Source: an uncultured Opitutales bacterium (lineage in GTDB: Bacteria > Verrucomicrobiota > Verrucomicrobiia > Opitutales > Seribacteraceae). From it: a DNA stretch of 64,000 bases. Below, one piece after another: positions 39,990-50,600 of the stretch. The position numbers were made by a program, and so were the translations under genes. The notes under the pieces are model-generated. The model searched no databases. It saw only the letters and a list, made by a program, of their open reading frames with translations, and was not told where the DNA came from. Numbering within the stretch: the first letter of the stretch is position 1; every line of letters starts with the position of its first letter. The DNA lies in assembly GCA_963978365.1 (NCBI GenBank), contig CAXBQX010000004.1, forward strand, positions 4,220 to 68,219, written 5' to 3'.

Positions 39990-41036
39990 ATGATCACCCA
40001 ATTGGTTATCGCAGTTGCCTTAACGATTGGTGTTTCTGCCCTGTGCTCGATCCTGGAAGCAATGGTCTTGAGTGTTACAACTGCCGAAATTGAAAGCTTC
40101 AAAAAACGGTCTCCTAAAAGAGGAAAGATCCTAGAGAAATACAGGGTGGAGATTGATGAAACTAGCTCCGCTATTCTCAGCCTTAACACAATTGCCAATA
40201 CGCTGGGAGCGACCCTTGCGGGGGGATTGGCTGAAAAAGCCCTCGGCGGTGGTAGTAATTCCATTCTGATTTTTGCCGGTGGCATGACCTTGGGCATTCT
40301 TTTCTTTTCAGAAATTCTCCCCAAGAATCTAACGGTAATTTACCGAAGTGAAATGCTTGGCTTTTTGATTGCCCCACTCGTTTTGGTTAGGGTTTTAATG
40401 TCCCCATTTTCCAAAATCTGTAAATTCACCATGCGTGCCATGGTTCCTCCGAAAGAAAAATCATCAGATAAAGACGAAGAGGAAATTATTCTCCTCGCCA
40501 AAAAGGGGGCCAAGGAAGGAACTCTCTCATCAGATGAAAGTGACTGGGTAACCAATGCCTTAAAACTGGATGGAGTTAAAGTCAGTGAAATCATGACTCC
40601 AAGAACCGTGATGCTCGCATTGGATGAAAATATCACGGTTAGAGAGGTTTTTGATAAATATCCAAATGTTCCGTTTGCCCGTATTCCTGTTTATGCAGAT
40701 AATATTGATCATATCACCGGTATTGTTCGCAGGAGAGATTTACACAATGCAATGGTTGAAGATAATGCTGGGGCGACTCTTAAAGACTTGGCTCTTCATC
40801 CATTATTTATCCCAGAAAATGCCAGTGCGGACAAAGCTCTTAGACTTTTACTTTCGGAGCATTCTCAACTATCCATTGCGGTGGATGAATTTGGCTCGGT
40901 GGCTGGCGTTTTAGCTATGGAAGATATAATTGAAAGCATCTTGGGGCAGGAAATTTTTGAGCACGATGATCTTGCCGTTGATATGAGAGAACTGGCTAAA
41001 CGCAGACACAACTTGAAGACTGCACAAAATCTATAA
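39990..41036 (+). CDS. CNNM/DUF21-CBS domain membrane protein (CorB/TlyC-like)
   Basis: CSILEA, AILSLNTIANT, FSEILPK, IMTPR, ARIPVY and VDEFG...MEDIIE. Confidence 0.9.
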   Translation: MITQLVIAVALTIGVSALCSILEAMVLSVTTAEIESFKKRSPKRGKILEKYRVEIDETSSAILSLNTIANTLGATLAGGLAEKALGGGSNSILIFAGGMTLGILFFSEILPKNLTVIYRSEMLGFLIAPLVLVRVLMSPFSKICKFTMRAMVPPKEKSSDKDEEEIILLAKKGAKEGTLSSDESDWVTNALKLDGVKVSEIMTPRTVMLALDENITVREVFDKYPNVPFARIPVYADNIDHITGIVRRRDLHNAMVEDNAGATLKDLALHPLFIPENASADKALRLLLSEHSQLSIAVDEFGSVAGVLAMEDIIESILGQEIFEHDDLAVDMRELAKRRHNLKTAQNL

Positions 41037-41060
41037 CTTTATATTCTAGCTACCTTATTT

Positions 41061-41903
41061 ATGTTGGAATTATTTGTTTCTCCCTGGGTTCATAACCTCA
41101 GCCCTTTTTTATGGAAATTCCCTGATTCTTGGGGAAATTGGGGGCCAGGTGGAATCCGTTGGTATGGTCTATCATACTTAGCTGGTTTTCTGACTGCTTA
41201 TTACCTCCTCCTACTTGCCCATAAAAAGCAACGCAGCCCGTACGATAAGGAACAAATCCTAAATTTAATGACCTTTCAAATCCTTGGTGTTTTGCTTGGT
41301 GGAAGAATTGGATTTGCCCTTCTTTACCGAACGGAGGAACTACTGGTTGACCCTCTGATGATTTTCTATGTTTGGCAAGGAGGTATGGCCAGTCATGGAG
41401 GTTTCATCGGTGTTATTATTGCCACATTTTGGTATAGTCGAAAATCTCATCAGTCCTTTTGGCCAGTTGCAGACTTAATCGCAACTATTGTGCCTCCAGG
41501 CTTATTCTTTGGCAGATTGGCTAATTTTATAAATGGTGAACTGTGGGGAAGAACCACTGAAGTATCGTGGGGAGTCCTTTTCCCGAAAGCACCAGATTTC
41601 GCACTAGGGATCGCTCGACACCCTTCCCAAGTTTATGCGGCTTTATTGGAAGGTTTACTAGTATTTGTTTTCGTGCAACTAAGGTTTTGGAGAACTAACC
41701 TGTACCAAAGTAAGCCTGGACGAATTGGAGGAGAATTTCTAATCATTTATGCGATTGCCCGTATATTTGGTGAATTTTTTAGAGAACCAGATGCATCTCT
41801 GATTATGGGGATGTCGAGAGGTCAGTTTTATTCAATTGGTCTCATTATGGGTGGTATACTTGTAGTCTATTGGGCTGAAAAAAGAGCTAATTCAACATGT
41901 TAA
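41061..41903 (+). CDS. lgt: Prolipoprotein diacylglyceryl transferase
   Basis: IRWYGL, GGRIG, WQGGMASHGG, GRLANFINGELWGR, RHPSQ and EFFREPD. Confidence 0.96.
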   Translation: MLELFVSPWVHNLSPFLWKFPDSWGNWGPGGIRWYGLSYLAGFLTAYYLLLLAHKKQRSPYDKEQILNLMTFQILGVLLGGRIGFALLYRTEELLVDPLMIFYVWQGGMASHGGFIGVIIATFWYSRKSHQSFWPVADLIATIVPPGLFFGRLANFINGELWGRTTEVSWGVLFPKAPDFALGIARHPSQVYAALLEGLLVFVFVQLRFWRTNLYQSKPGRIGGEFLIIYAIARIFGEFFREPDASLIMGMSRGQFYSIGLIMGGILVVYWAEKRANSTC

Positions 41904-41933
41904 ATTTTATTTTGTGCAAAAGTTTTTCCCACC

Positions 41934-41950
41934 TTATTCACAATGTGAAT
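41934..41950. promoter_or_regulatory. DnaA-box-like site inside a 15-bp palindrome upstream of mreB
   Basis: TTATTCACA (41934-41942) matches TTATNCACA. ATTCACA-A-TGTGAAT (41936-41950) is a perfect inverted repeat, and TTGACA lies at 41960-41965. Confidence 0.4.
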
Positions 41951-42012
41951 GGTTTCTCTTTGACAGATAATAGAAATCCGAAAGAAATCATTGGTAAAGT
42001 TTCACCTAACGC

Positions 42013-43053
42013 ATGATCAGTAATCTTTTTGGCTTTCTTTCCAATGACATTGGAATAGACCTTGGCACCGCCAACACTCTTGTTTTTGTCAAGGACCGTG
42101 GAATCGTGCTTCGTGAACCCAGTGTTGTGGCTCGATACAAAACGAGTAAGAAAGTTTGTGCGGTTGGATCTGAAGCTAAGCGCATGCTTGGCCGGACTCC
42201 GGGAACCATTGAAGCCCTCAGACCAATGAAGGATGGGGTGATTGCAGATTTTGAAATTTCTGAAGCCATGCTTCGCTACTTCATTGAAAAAGTAGACAAA
42301 AGAAAACTTGTGCCCCCACGCGTGGTGATTGCAGTTCCTTCTGGGATAACTGCGGTGGAAAAGAGAGCCGTAAAGGATTCGGCCATCCGGGCAGGTGCGA
42401 GAGAAGTACTTTTACTTGGAGAACCTATGGCGGCTTCAATTGGCGCAGGGTTACCCATTCACGATGAATATGCCAATATGATCGTGGATATTGGCGGCGG
42501 CACCACAGAAGTTGCAATTATTTCAATTTCCGGAGTTTCCTTTCAACGAAGCATAAGGGTTGGGGGAGACGAACTGGATGAAGCCATTGTGGCTTACATG
42601 AAAAGAGCCTATGGATTGTTGATCGGGGAAAGAACAGCGGAAGAAATCAAGTTCTCTATCGGATCTGCTTCTCCCCTCGATTCGGGTGAATTAAGCATGG
42701 ATGTAAGAGGTCGAGATTCAACTGCTGGTTTACCCAAAACCATTCATATCACTTCACAAGAGATTCGAGAAGAAGCCCTTAAAGAAGTTGTTCAACAAAT
42801 CGTTGATTTGGTTAAAAACGCTTTGGATCGTTGCCAACCTGAACATTCCGCAGACTTGATCGACCGGGGTGTTGTGCTCGCCGGAGGCGGTGCTCTAATT
42901 CGTGGTTTAGATCAAGTAATTAGCGATGCAACTGGTTTGACTGTGATCCAAGCCGAAGACCCTCTCAGCTGCGTAGCCAATGGAACGGGAGAATTTTTAA
43001 ATCTTCTTGATTCTTTAAGCCGGGAACAGATCGATCGTCTGGTAACCCAATAA
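42013..43053 (+). CDS. mreB: Rod shape-determining actin homolog MreB
   Basis: IDLGTANT, EPSVVA, RPMKDGVIADF, DIGGGTTE and LAGGGAL. Confidence 0.97.
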   Translation: MISNLFGFLSNDIGIDLGTANTLVFVKDRGIVLREPSVVARYKTSKKVCAVGSEAKRMLGRTPGTIEALRPMKDGVIADFEISEAMLRYFIEKVDKRKLVPPRVVIAVPSGITAVEKRAVKDSAIRAGAREVLLLGEPMAASIGAGLPIHDEYANMIVDIGGGTTEVAIISISGVSFQRSIRVGGDELDEAIVAYMKRAYGLLIGERTAEEIKFSIGSASPLDSGELSMDVRGRDSTAGLPKTIHITSQEIREEALKEVVQQIVDLVKNALDRCQPEHSADLIDRGVVLAGGGALIRGLDQVISDATGLTVIQAEDPLSCVANGTGEFLNLLDSLSREQIDRLVTQ

Positions 43054-43062
43054 TCTTTAGCC

Positions 43063-43938
43063 TTGGCTGCTCCGCAGGACAGGCCCAAGTTCGGACCCTT
43101 TTTAGCTTTAGGACTCTTCCTATTGGCTTTTATTGGCTTACCCTCTGGTTGGAAAGCCATCACTCGCTCGGCGTTCCATGAATTTGAGGCTCCATTCTGG
43201 GAAATTACATCCCGCATCTCAGACCTCTCTGATTACTGGGGACACCAATCCGATTCTAAAAAAACGCTGATTTCAAAAAATCGAGACCTATCCAGGATTC
43301 GATCCGACTGGGAGTTGCAGGAATCGTTTAAAGAAAAGTGGGAAAGTGAGATTGCAAAGCTCAATGGATTGCACTCACAAGTGGAAGCCCTTCGAGAAAA
43401 AATAGGATTGGATAAAGAAATTTCTTTCTCCCCTATCCTCTCAAGGGTTACCCGGCGTAATCTAAATTCCTGGTGGCAAGAATTATCGCTGAGAAAAGGC
43501 TTCAACCAAGGCATCGAAAATGGCTCCGGTGTTATTTTTTCAAGTGGGGTTATAGGCCGAATTTATCAAACAGGCTTAAACTCATCCAAAGTGCAATTAG
43601 CCACAAACCCCAATTTTCGAATTGTGGCTCACTTTCAGGGGGATGACCGACCCGTAACCTTTCAGGGAAATGGGATTTTAGTTGGAGGCCAACCCTTGGG
43701 TAATGTGTGGGATGTTCCTCACGATATACAAATAGAGAAAGGGAAAAGCCTTCTTCTAGAAACATCTTCATTGGGAGGAACATTTCCTGGAGGTCTACCT
43801 ATTGGCCTGGTCACTTCTCTGGAAGAAAGTGGCGATGGCTTGTTTAAAAATGGCTCTGTACTTTTACCCTTAGATATAGGCAAGGTTTCTGAAGTTACCA
43901 TTCTGGGCTCAAAAAAGGTTTGGGAAAGCGAACCTTAA
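43063..43938 (+). CDS. mreC: Rod shape-determining protein MreC
   Basis: N-terminal TM, coiled coil, GVIGRI and TSSLGGTFPGGLPIG. Follows mreB. Confidence 0.9.
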   Translation: MAAPQDRPKFGPFLALGLFLLAFIGLPSGWKAITRSAFHEFEAPFWEITSRISDLSDYWGHQSDSKKTLISKNRDLSRIRSDWELQESFKEKWESEIAKLNGLHSQVEALREKIGLDKEISFSPILSRVTRRNLNSWWQELSLRKGFNQGIENGSGVIFSSGVIGRIYQTGLNSSKVQLATNPNFRIVAHFQGDDRPVTFQGNGILVGGQPLGNVWDVPHDIQIEKGKSLLLETSSLGGTFPGGLPIGLVTSLEESGDGLFKNGSVLLPLDIGKVSEVTILGSKKVWESEP

Positions 43939-44471
43939 TGAACAACCAAAACCGAATTCTTTTATCCCTGACCCTATCGAATCTTGTGCTGATTGGGTGT
44001 ATCGCTTTGGTGAATTCAGTCATAAATCCCTACGGATTTTTTCTTTATCTACCCGGGTTGCTGTGTATCCCCCAGTATCAATGGCTGGACCCTTACCGAG
44101 GTCTAATTTCTCTTTTAATTTCTGGGTTTATTTGGGACCATTTTTTCTCCCACACCTTTGGATTTCATGCCTTTCTTTTAAGCTTACTTTTTCTTCTGGT
44201 TAGGCAATTCCTCCATTCAGGCAAACAGACCAGGCAACAGATCCTTTATTTTCATCTTGTGATCAATTTTATCTTAGCTGCGGCTTGGTTCCTTACCAGT
44301 AATCTTATGCAGACAGGTCTGGGCGACTGGAAAGTTGGAAGGTTTTTTTCAGACTTACTTCTTTCATCCATTATTCTGATTCCTATTTCATCTTGGCATA
44401 CCCAGTTCTCTGCGAAACTAGTTGATCTGTTCGCTGGATTTAAAAGCCTCGATCAACCCATCTCAAAATGA
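43938..44471 (+). CDS. mreD: MreD-like integral membrane protein
   Basis: About 5 TM segments and GFIWD...FG. Lies between mreC and PBP2 with TAATG coupling at 43936-43940. Confidence 0.7.
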   Translation: MNNQNRILLSLTLSNLVLIGCIALVNSVINPYGFFLYLPGLLCIPQYQWLDPYRGLISLLISGFIWDHFFSHTFGFHAFLLSLLFLLVRQFLHSGKQTRQQILYFHLVINFILAAAWFLTSNLMQTGLGDWKVGRFFSDLLLSSIILIPISSWHTQFSAKLVDLFAGFKSLDQPISK

Positions 44472-47047
44472 GTTTTTTTGAGAAATATTTTCCTGAAACC
44501 AGAAGATTTCGAATTTTCTTAAGTCTTTATTTTTTGCTCTTCCTTACCCTTATTGGCACCCTGTTTTTCAGGCAGGTTGTCGAAAACGATCATTACCTCG
44601 AAAAAGAGCGCAAACAGGGACAAAGAAGAATTGTAAAGCCTGGAGCAAGAGGAGATGTTTTGGATCGGAATGGAAACCTGCTCATTGGGAACCGAGCCCA
44701 TTACTCCGCAAACCTACATTTAGAACTACTCAATGAGGATATTTGGGAACATAAGCTCAGACTGAGGAGAATCTCTCAAACACTAAAAGAACAAATTAAC
44801 CAACTGCAGCAAGTTCCTTTCGAGACTTTGCTCAACCTTTGTTTCCAAGAAGAACAGATTCAAAAAAGGAAAATCAAAGTTTCTGGAAAAAATAGAAATA
44901 AATCCCAAAAAGTAATCTTTTCGATCAATAGTATTAGACAGAATCTGAAACAAAGTGGATTTAACTGGTCTGTTGAAATCGACTACTCACCCAATAAACC
45001 CATTGAAAAGATTTTTATTCTGGAAGCAGAAAAACAAATCTTTGTCACCGTGGCAGGTCTGTTTACGATCGAGTATGCCCTTAATGAAAAAGGACAACCT
45101 ATCTCTCCATCAAAGGAAGAAGATTCCACAAAGAAAAGTTTCTTTTCACTATTTAATAATGAGAAATCCAATCCCATAAATTTCTCAACCAACGGCTATT
45201 CACTCTCCTGGGAAGCCAGGTATGCAGCTGTTCAGGATTATTTAGATTTAGTCAATCAGATCACCGGTCGAAACAATGCGATAAGTCTCGAAGAATTGCA
45301 AAGGCACTGGAGAAGAAAACTGGTTCTCCCTTTTGAGATATGTGGTGATTTGACAAATGAAGAATATGCATTGCTGATTGAAAAGCTCTCTCCCGATTCT
45401 CCCATTCAAGTCCAGGCAAAAGCTGTACGCCATTATCCACATAACAATCTGGCTTCGCATGTGCTTGGCTATGTTGGAAGCGGCTATGAAGCTAACCCGG
45501 AAATTTTAATCGGTTCAGATCTGGCTACCTTTGAGCTTCAAGGCAGAACAGGTAAGGCTGGGGTGGAAAGAACTTTTGATGATCAACTCAGAGGGAAGGA
45601 TGGAGTGGATATATGGGTGGTGAATCCAATGGGATCCAGATTTGAAAGAGTGGAAAGAGAACCATCCGAAAAAGGAAAGTCCGTCCGCCTGACTCTGGAT
45701 ATGGACTTACAAAAAATTGCAGAAGACTCCATTTCTCGGATGGTAGAAAAGGTGGGCACTCAAAGGTTACTGCCTGATCAAGATTGGGGAAAAACACTGG
45801 AACGTAGAACAAACCGGGCACTAGTTGGCACAAACGAAACTGAAGTAAGTGCAGAATTGCTCCTCAATGCATTTAAAGATGCCCCCTTCCCATTGACAGG
45901 CAAACAAGCGTCTACCGTTGCCGGCTTTAGGGGTACGGAAGCCGATGCCAACCGTTTGCTTCGCCACTTATACGCTCAAGGCGTTTTACAACGCTCAGAA
46001 CAAAATGCTGGAGCTTATTTCCTCGCCCCACCCCCTCCACCGCCCGGAGCCGCGGTTCTTATTGATCTTAAATCCTCTGAAATTCTGGCACTCGCGAGTA
46101 AGCCAAATTATGATTTGAGCAGCTTAACGCCCTTCATTTCGCAAGCTGCTTATGATGAGATTCAGCGGCGTGAAGCTTGGCTACCCCGGGCATGGCACCC
46201 AGGATATGCACCCGCCTCGCCTTTTAAACTTGTGACCGCATTAGCTGGCCTTCACAAACAAACCTTGGATCCTGAGGAAGAATTACTCTGCGAGGGCATT
46301 TATCGGGGGATGAAATGCCATGTTCACCCAGGGAATCATGGTCCATTAAATCTCCGTAAAGCCATTGCCCAAAGCTGTAATGTTTACTTCTTTCGGTCGG
46401 CTGAAAAAATGGGTCATGATCACTTGATTGCTGAGGCAAGAGATTTAGAGATGGACCAGAAACCTCCGTTGGCCCTCCCTGCTCTTCGAGATACACCCAT
46501 TTTACCGGATCCAACCTGGAAAAAAAATAACCTGGGAGTCAAATGGACCATGGAGGATACTTTTAATATTTCCATAGGGCAAGGTGGGTTAAGACAAAGC
46601 CCGTTGCAAATGGCCTGTTTTATTTCAAAACTGGCAACCAACTCAAAGTTTTTTACGCCTAAGCTCAACTTTGATGAAATCCAGCAAACGGATAAACAAG
46701 TGAAACTAACCAGCACCCAGAATCGACAAGCCATTGTAGATGGAATGGTTCTGGCGACTCAGGAAGGCACCGCGAGAAGGTGTCAAATAAGAGGAATACC
46801 AGTTGCAGGAAAAACTGGAACAGGTCAGTGGAGAAACCATAATATGAAGTTGAACCTAGCTTGGTTTGTTGGATTTGCTCCTGCAGATGACCCCAAAGTT
46901 GCCGTATCCGTGCTGATTGAAGGAGTCATCCCTCAGGATCAGGTGCAGGGCGGTCTCACCGCTACTCCGATTGCCCGAGATTTATTTGCCGCCTATTTTG
47001 CCAAATATCCACATGCACCCTCTCAAAATCAGGAGACTCAAAACTAA
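44468..47047 (+). CDS. mrdA: Penicillin-binding protein 2 (class B transpeptidase) with two insertions
   Basis: RGDVLDRNG, RHYP...ASHVLGYVG, GKAGVE, LTLDMDLQ, SxxK (SPFK), SxN (SCN) and KTGT. Confidence 0.9.
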   Translation: MSFFEKYFPETRRFRIFLSLYFLLFLTLIGTLFFRQVVENDHYLEKERKQGQRRIVKPGARGDVLDRNGNLLIGNRAHYSANLHLELLNEDIWEHKLRLRRISQTLKEQINQLQQVPFETLLNLCFQEEQIQKRKIKVSGKNRNKSQKVIFSINSIRQNLKQSGFNWSVEIDYSPNKPIEKIFILEAEKQIFVTVAGLFTIEYALNEKGQPISPSKEEDSTKKSFFSLFNNEKSNPINFSTNGYSLSWEARYAAVQDYLDLVNQITGRNNAISLEELQRHWRRKLVLPFEICGDLTNEEYALLIEKLSPDSPIQVQAKAVRHYPHNNLASHVLGYVGSGYEANPEILIGSDLATFELQGRTGKAGVERTFDDQLRGKDGVDIWVVNPMGSRFERVEREPSEKGKSVRLTLDMDLQKIAEDSISRMVEKVGTQRLLPDQDWGKTLERRTNRALVGTNETEVSAELLLNAFKDAPFPLTGKQASTVAGFRGTEADANRLLRHLYAQGVLQRSEQNAGAYFLAPPPPPPGAAVLIDLKSSEILALASKPNYDLSSLTPFISQAAYDEIQRREAWLPRAWHPGYAPASPFKLVTALAGLHKQTLDPEEELLCEGIYRGMKCHVHPGNHGPLNLRKAIAQSCNVYFFRSAEKMGHDHLIAEARDLEMDQKPPLALPALRDTPILPDPTWKKNNLGVKWTMEDTFNISIGQGGLRQSPLQMACFISKLATNSKFFTPKLNFDEIQQTDKQVKLTSTQNRQAIVDGMVLATQEGTARRCQIRGIPVAGKTGTGQWRNHNMKLNLAWFVGFAPADDPKVAVSVLIEGVIPQDQVQGGLTATPIARDLFAAYFAKYPHAPSQNQETQN

Positions 47048-47061
47048 AACCGCTTATTTTT

Positions 47062-47673
47062 ATGGTAGCAACTCCATCCACGATGCTCAAGCTTGGTACT
47101 CAAGCACCAACATTTAGCCTGCCTGAACCAAAATCTGGCACCAATCTAACTTTTAACCATCAACTAACCAACAAAGGCTACTTGATTGCGTTTATCTGTA
47201 ATCATTGCCCATATGTTATTCATTTGTTGCCCAAGCTTACTGAGTTGTGCAATGGCTGGAGCGAAAAAGGAATTCAGGTTTATTTCATTTCCTCAAATGA
47301 TGTTGAAAACTACCCTCCTGATTCCCCCGAATTAATGACGGAGCTAGCCAACCAATATGGCTTTAAGTTTCCATACCTTTTTGATGAAGATCAATCAGTA
47401 GCCCTATCTTACAGAGCTGCCTGCACCCCAGATTTCTTTCTTTTTGATTCCTCCTTCGCCCTTTTTTATCGCGGACAGTTTGATGACTCACGCCCAGGGA
47501 ACGATCTTGCAGTGGATGGCTCACACTTAGTTCATGCTATAGATCTTTTACTTTCGGAATGTCCACCTCCAGAAATCCAAAAACCCAGCCTTGGGTGTAA
47601 CCTAAAATGGAAACCTGGAAATGAACCCGAATATTTTGTGCCAAAACATAAAAGGCAAGAATCGATAAACTAG
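47062..47673 (+). CDS. Thioredoxin-like (AhpC/TSA) protein
   Basis: FICNHCPYV, FPYLFDEDQSVA..Y.AACTPDFF, YRGQFDD and SLGCNLKW. Confidence 0.9.
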   Translation: MVATPSTMLKLGTQAPTFSLPEPKSGTNLTFNHQLTNKGYLIAFICNHCPYVIHLLPKLTELCNGWSEKGIQVYFISSNDVENYPPDSPELMTELANQYGFKFPYLFDEDQSVALSYRAACTPDFFLFDSSFALFYRGQFDDSRPGNDLAVDGSHLVHAIDLLLSECPPPEIQKPSLGCNLKWKPGNEPEYFVPKHKRQESIN

Positions 47674-47687
47674 ATTCTTTCGGGCCC

Positions 47688-50600
47688 TTACTTCGTAGTC
47701 ATCACATAAACCCCATCCCAATCATCACCGGGGGGGTTGTCCATCATCACTTTGCAACGATCGATCAGAATCATGGATGGGTTGTCTTTAACTCCCGGAG
47801 TAACTCCCGGTTTATTCGGTTCCATCTCCTTTGCTTTTTCGAATAGATTAAGAGCACCCGTCCAATCTTGAGCGAGATACTTATCAATACCTTGCTGGAA
47901 ACAATCCAAGCAGTCCTGCGTTTCCTGAGTTAACTCGGACATAAATCCGGTTGGTTCATACATGGCAACCGGTTGCGAGCGTCCTTTGACCACAATTTTA
48001 TCTAAGTATCGAAATGCAATATCGTCCTTCATTTTCTCTGATGCCAATTTGGTCTCTTCTGTAACCATGATGTAAGCACCATAGGCTTTTGCTCCACTTT
48101 CACAACGGGCAGCCAGGTTCACCATATCTCCCATCATCGTATAATTGAAACGATCGAGAGCACCCATATTACCCACAGTAGCTGTGCCCGTGTTGCAACC
48201 GATACGGGTTTGCATCTGGGTAACCAGCCCATGACACTTGCCCCATTTCTCAACTTCGGGCACCCACTTCTTGCGCAATTCAATCTGTTTTTGTTGCATA
48301 AGAATAGAAGTACGTACGGCCTGATAGGCATGATCCTTCATCGGGATAGGGGCTCCATACATGGCCACGATCGCATCTCCAATATATTTATCAAGAGTTC
48401 CGCGCTCCTCCTGAAGGATATTCGTCATCGCCGTAAGGTACTCGTTCATTAGGTCAACCAGGCCGGTGGGCGTAAGAAGTTCTGAAAAACTGGAGAATGC
48501 CTGTACATCACTGAAAAAGGCAGTGATTTCGGTCTCTTCCCCACCCAAGGAAGGCTCTTCTCCGGAAGCAACCATTTGCTCGACCAAATCGGAGGAAACA
48601 TAACTACCGAACATACCCTTCAGTCTTCCCTTTGCCTTTTGTTCAATCACCACCATCGCAGCCAAACCAATAAAGGAAGTGCTTAGTCCCGCACACGCAG
48701 GTGCCGTAATCGGCCAAACAATATGAGATTGAGCAAAAGTCTCGAACCCGAGGTAGGTGTATCCCAAAAGCAAAAGAATGCCCCCTGCCTGAACAAGGCT
48801 CGCTCGTTTACCTTGGTAAACAGCCAGCAAGGCCATAAGTATACAAACTGCAAAGGTCGCAAGGTGGTCGACTTTTACTGGTAGCCGATGTAAGAACTCT
48901 TGATTAGCTAAAGTTTTTATTAGATTTCCGTGGACACTTACTTTAGGCACCGGAGACTTATCGAAAGGAGTGGGAGCTAAGTCTTGGAAAGTGGCTTCTT
49001 CGGGTCCGATTAGGACAATGGCATCTTTAAATGAATCAAAAAAGGTCTCTATAACCGCTAATTCTTTTTCCTTTATAGCCAAGTTTTGTTGGTTTTCCTG
49101 AAGGGCATTTAAATATTTCTGATACTTCTCATCTTCCAACAAAAGATTCGGATTTTCCTTCTTCAAATTTTGATATTTTTCACCCTCAAGAAAATCGTTA
49201 ATTTTAAGAATCATCTCTTTAATCCCTAAGATATTATTTTTTACTTCATCCAAGTGATTCCCATACTCTAATACTTTATTCATTCCACACATCGGATTGT
49301 AAACGGACTGAATACTTGGTGGAATGATGTAATAACCAATAGCTTCCAACACTGCCATACATTGGTTAAAAGATGGGACTTCTTGATCCGGCTCTAAAGG
49401 TTGATGCAATAACCTTTCTGCAACACTGATCAATTCAGCCTCTAATCCTAATTTTTTTAAGGCATCCACACTAGAATCTCCTTCTTGGAGATCAAGACCA
49501 TCGACTCGATTTAATGTGAGCCTAAAAAGATCAGGCATGAGGGATAAATAAGCGTCGAAATCTTCCTCTCCATAATATTTTTTGGTAAGTTTTTTCAATT
49601 CGTCGGTAGCAGATAATTCACCCCATGATGAGAACCAGTTCACCTCGATCCACTGGTCTTCTTCGAGAGGAGCTTCAATGATTTTTTCACCCGATAAACT
49701 ATACAAAGTCATCTTGTCCCGCACAGTAGAAATCTCTACTTGTTCATCACCAATACCATAATATGCCAGAAGTGCTTCCACACCGAGAGTGTAAATTCTA
49801 TCATGGTTATTCAATGGTACTTCGTTTGGTAGAGAAATAACCAGTTCGGAAGGCGTATTTTCTTCATCAGGCAATCGCTTATAAACCAACCTCAAAGTGG
49901 AATTTACTTCGACTAATTCAGTTTCTGCATCTCCTTGAAGTCTCGATAATAACGCTTCCTTCTCATTTATAATATTTCCCAGGGCATCGAGTCTCTCTCT
50001 TACTTCACTAAGAGTAGCAGCATTCTTGGCAAGTTGAGGAAAAACTTCTTCCTGTTTTTGGTTAAGTTCATTAATTTTATTTTTCAGTAGTATCAATGTA
50101 TCGCTTAAAACAGATTCTGTGGTCACCACGCTCATAGCTTTGAACAATTGTTTTAATTCATCTCTCCTTGTGATCCGGTTTTCCAACTGAGGTTTAATAA
50201 CGGCGGACAAGGAAGGATTAGCCTCCAAAGTGTTACGAAAGTTTCCGATTGCTTCTTCTAATTCAGCCAATTCAGCTTGGATTTCATCTACCGAATAGAC
50301 TCGCTCATCTCCACTCTGGCCCATCTTGGATATCTGATAGCACAAAAAGGAAATCAGTGTTTCTCGTTCAGCAATCTGATTTTTCAATGTGGTTGCAAGT
50401 GCGGGTGCTGCCTGAAGTGTTCCCTTCAAGGTTTCGATTTCCTCGCTCATTCCATTGAGTTGAGTTTGTACGCCAAGGTAATGTTTAATGAACTGTGCAA
50501 TGTCCTCCTTCTTTTCATTCCAACTAGCCAATGATGAAGTAGCCTTAGCAACATCGGAAAGAAGCAGTTCTCTTTTGCTCAGTAATTCTGCCAAAACTTT

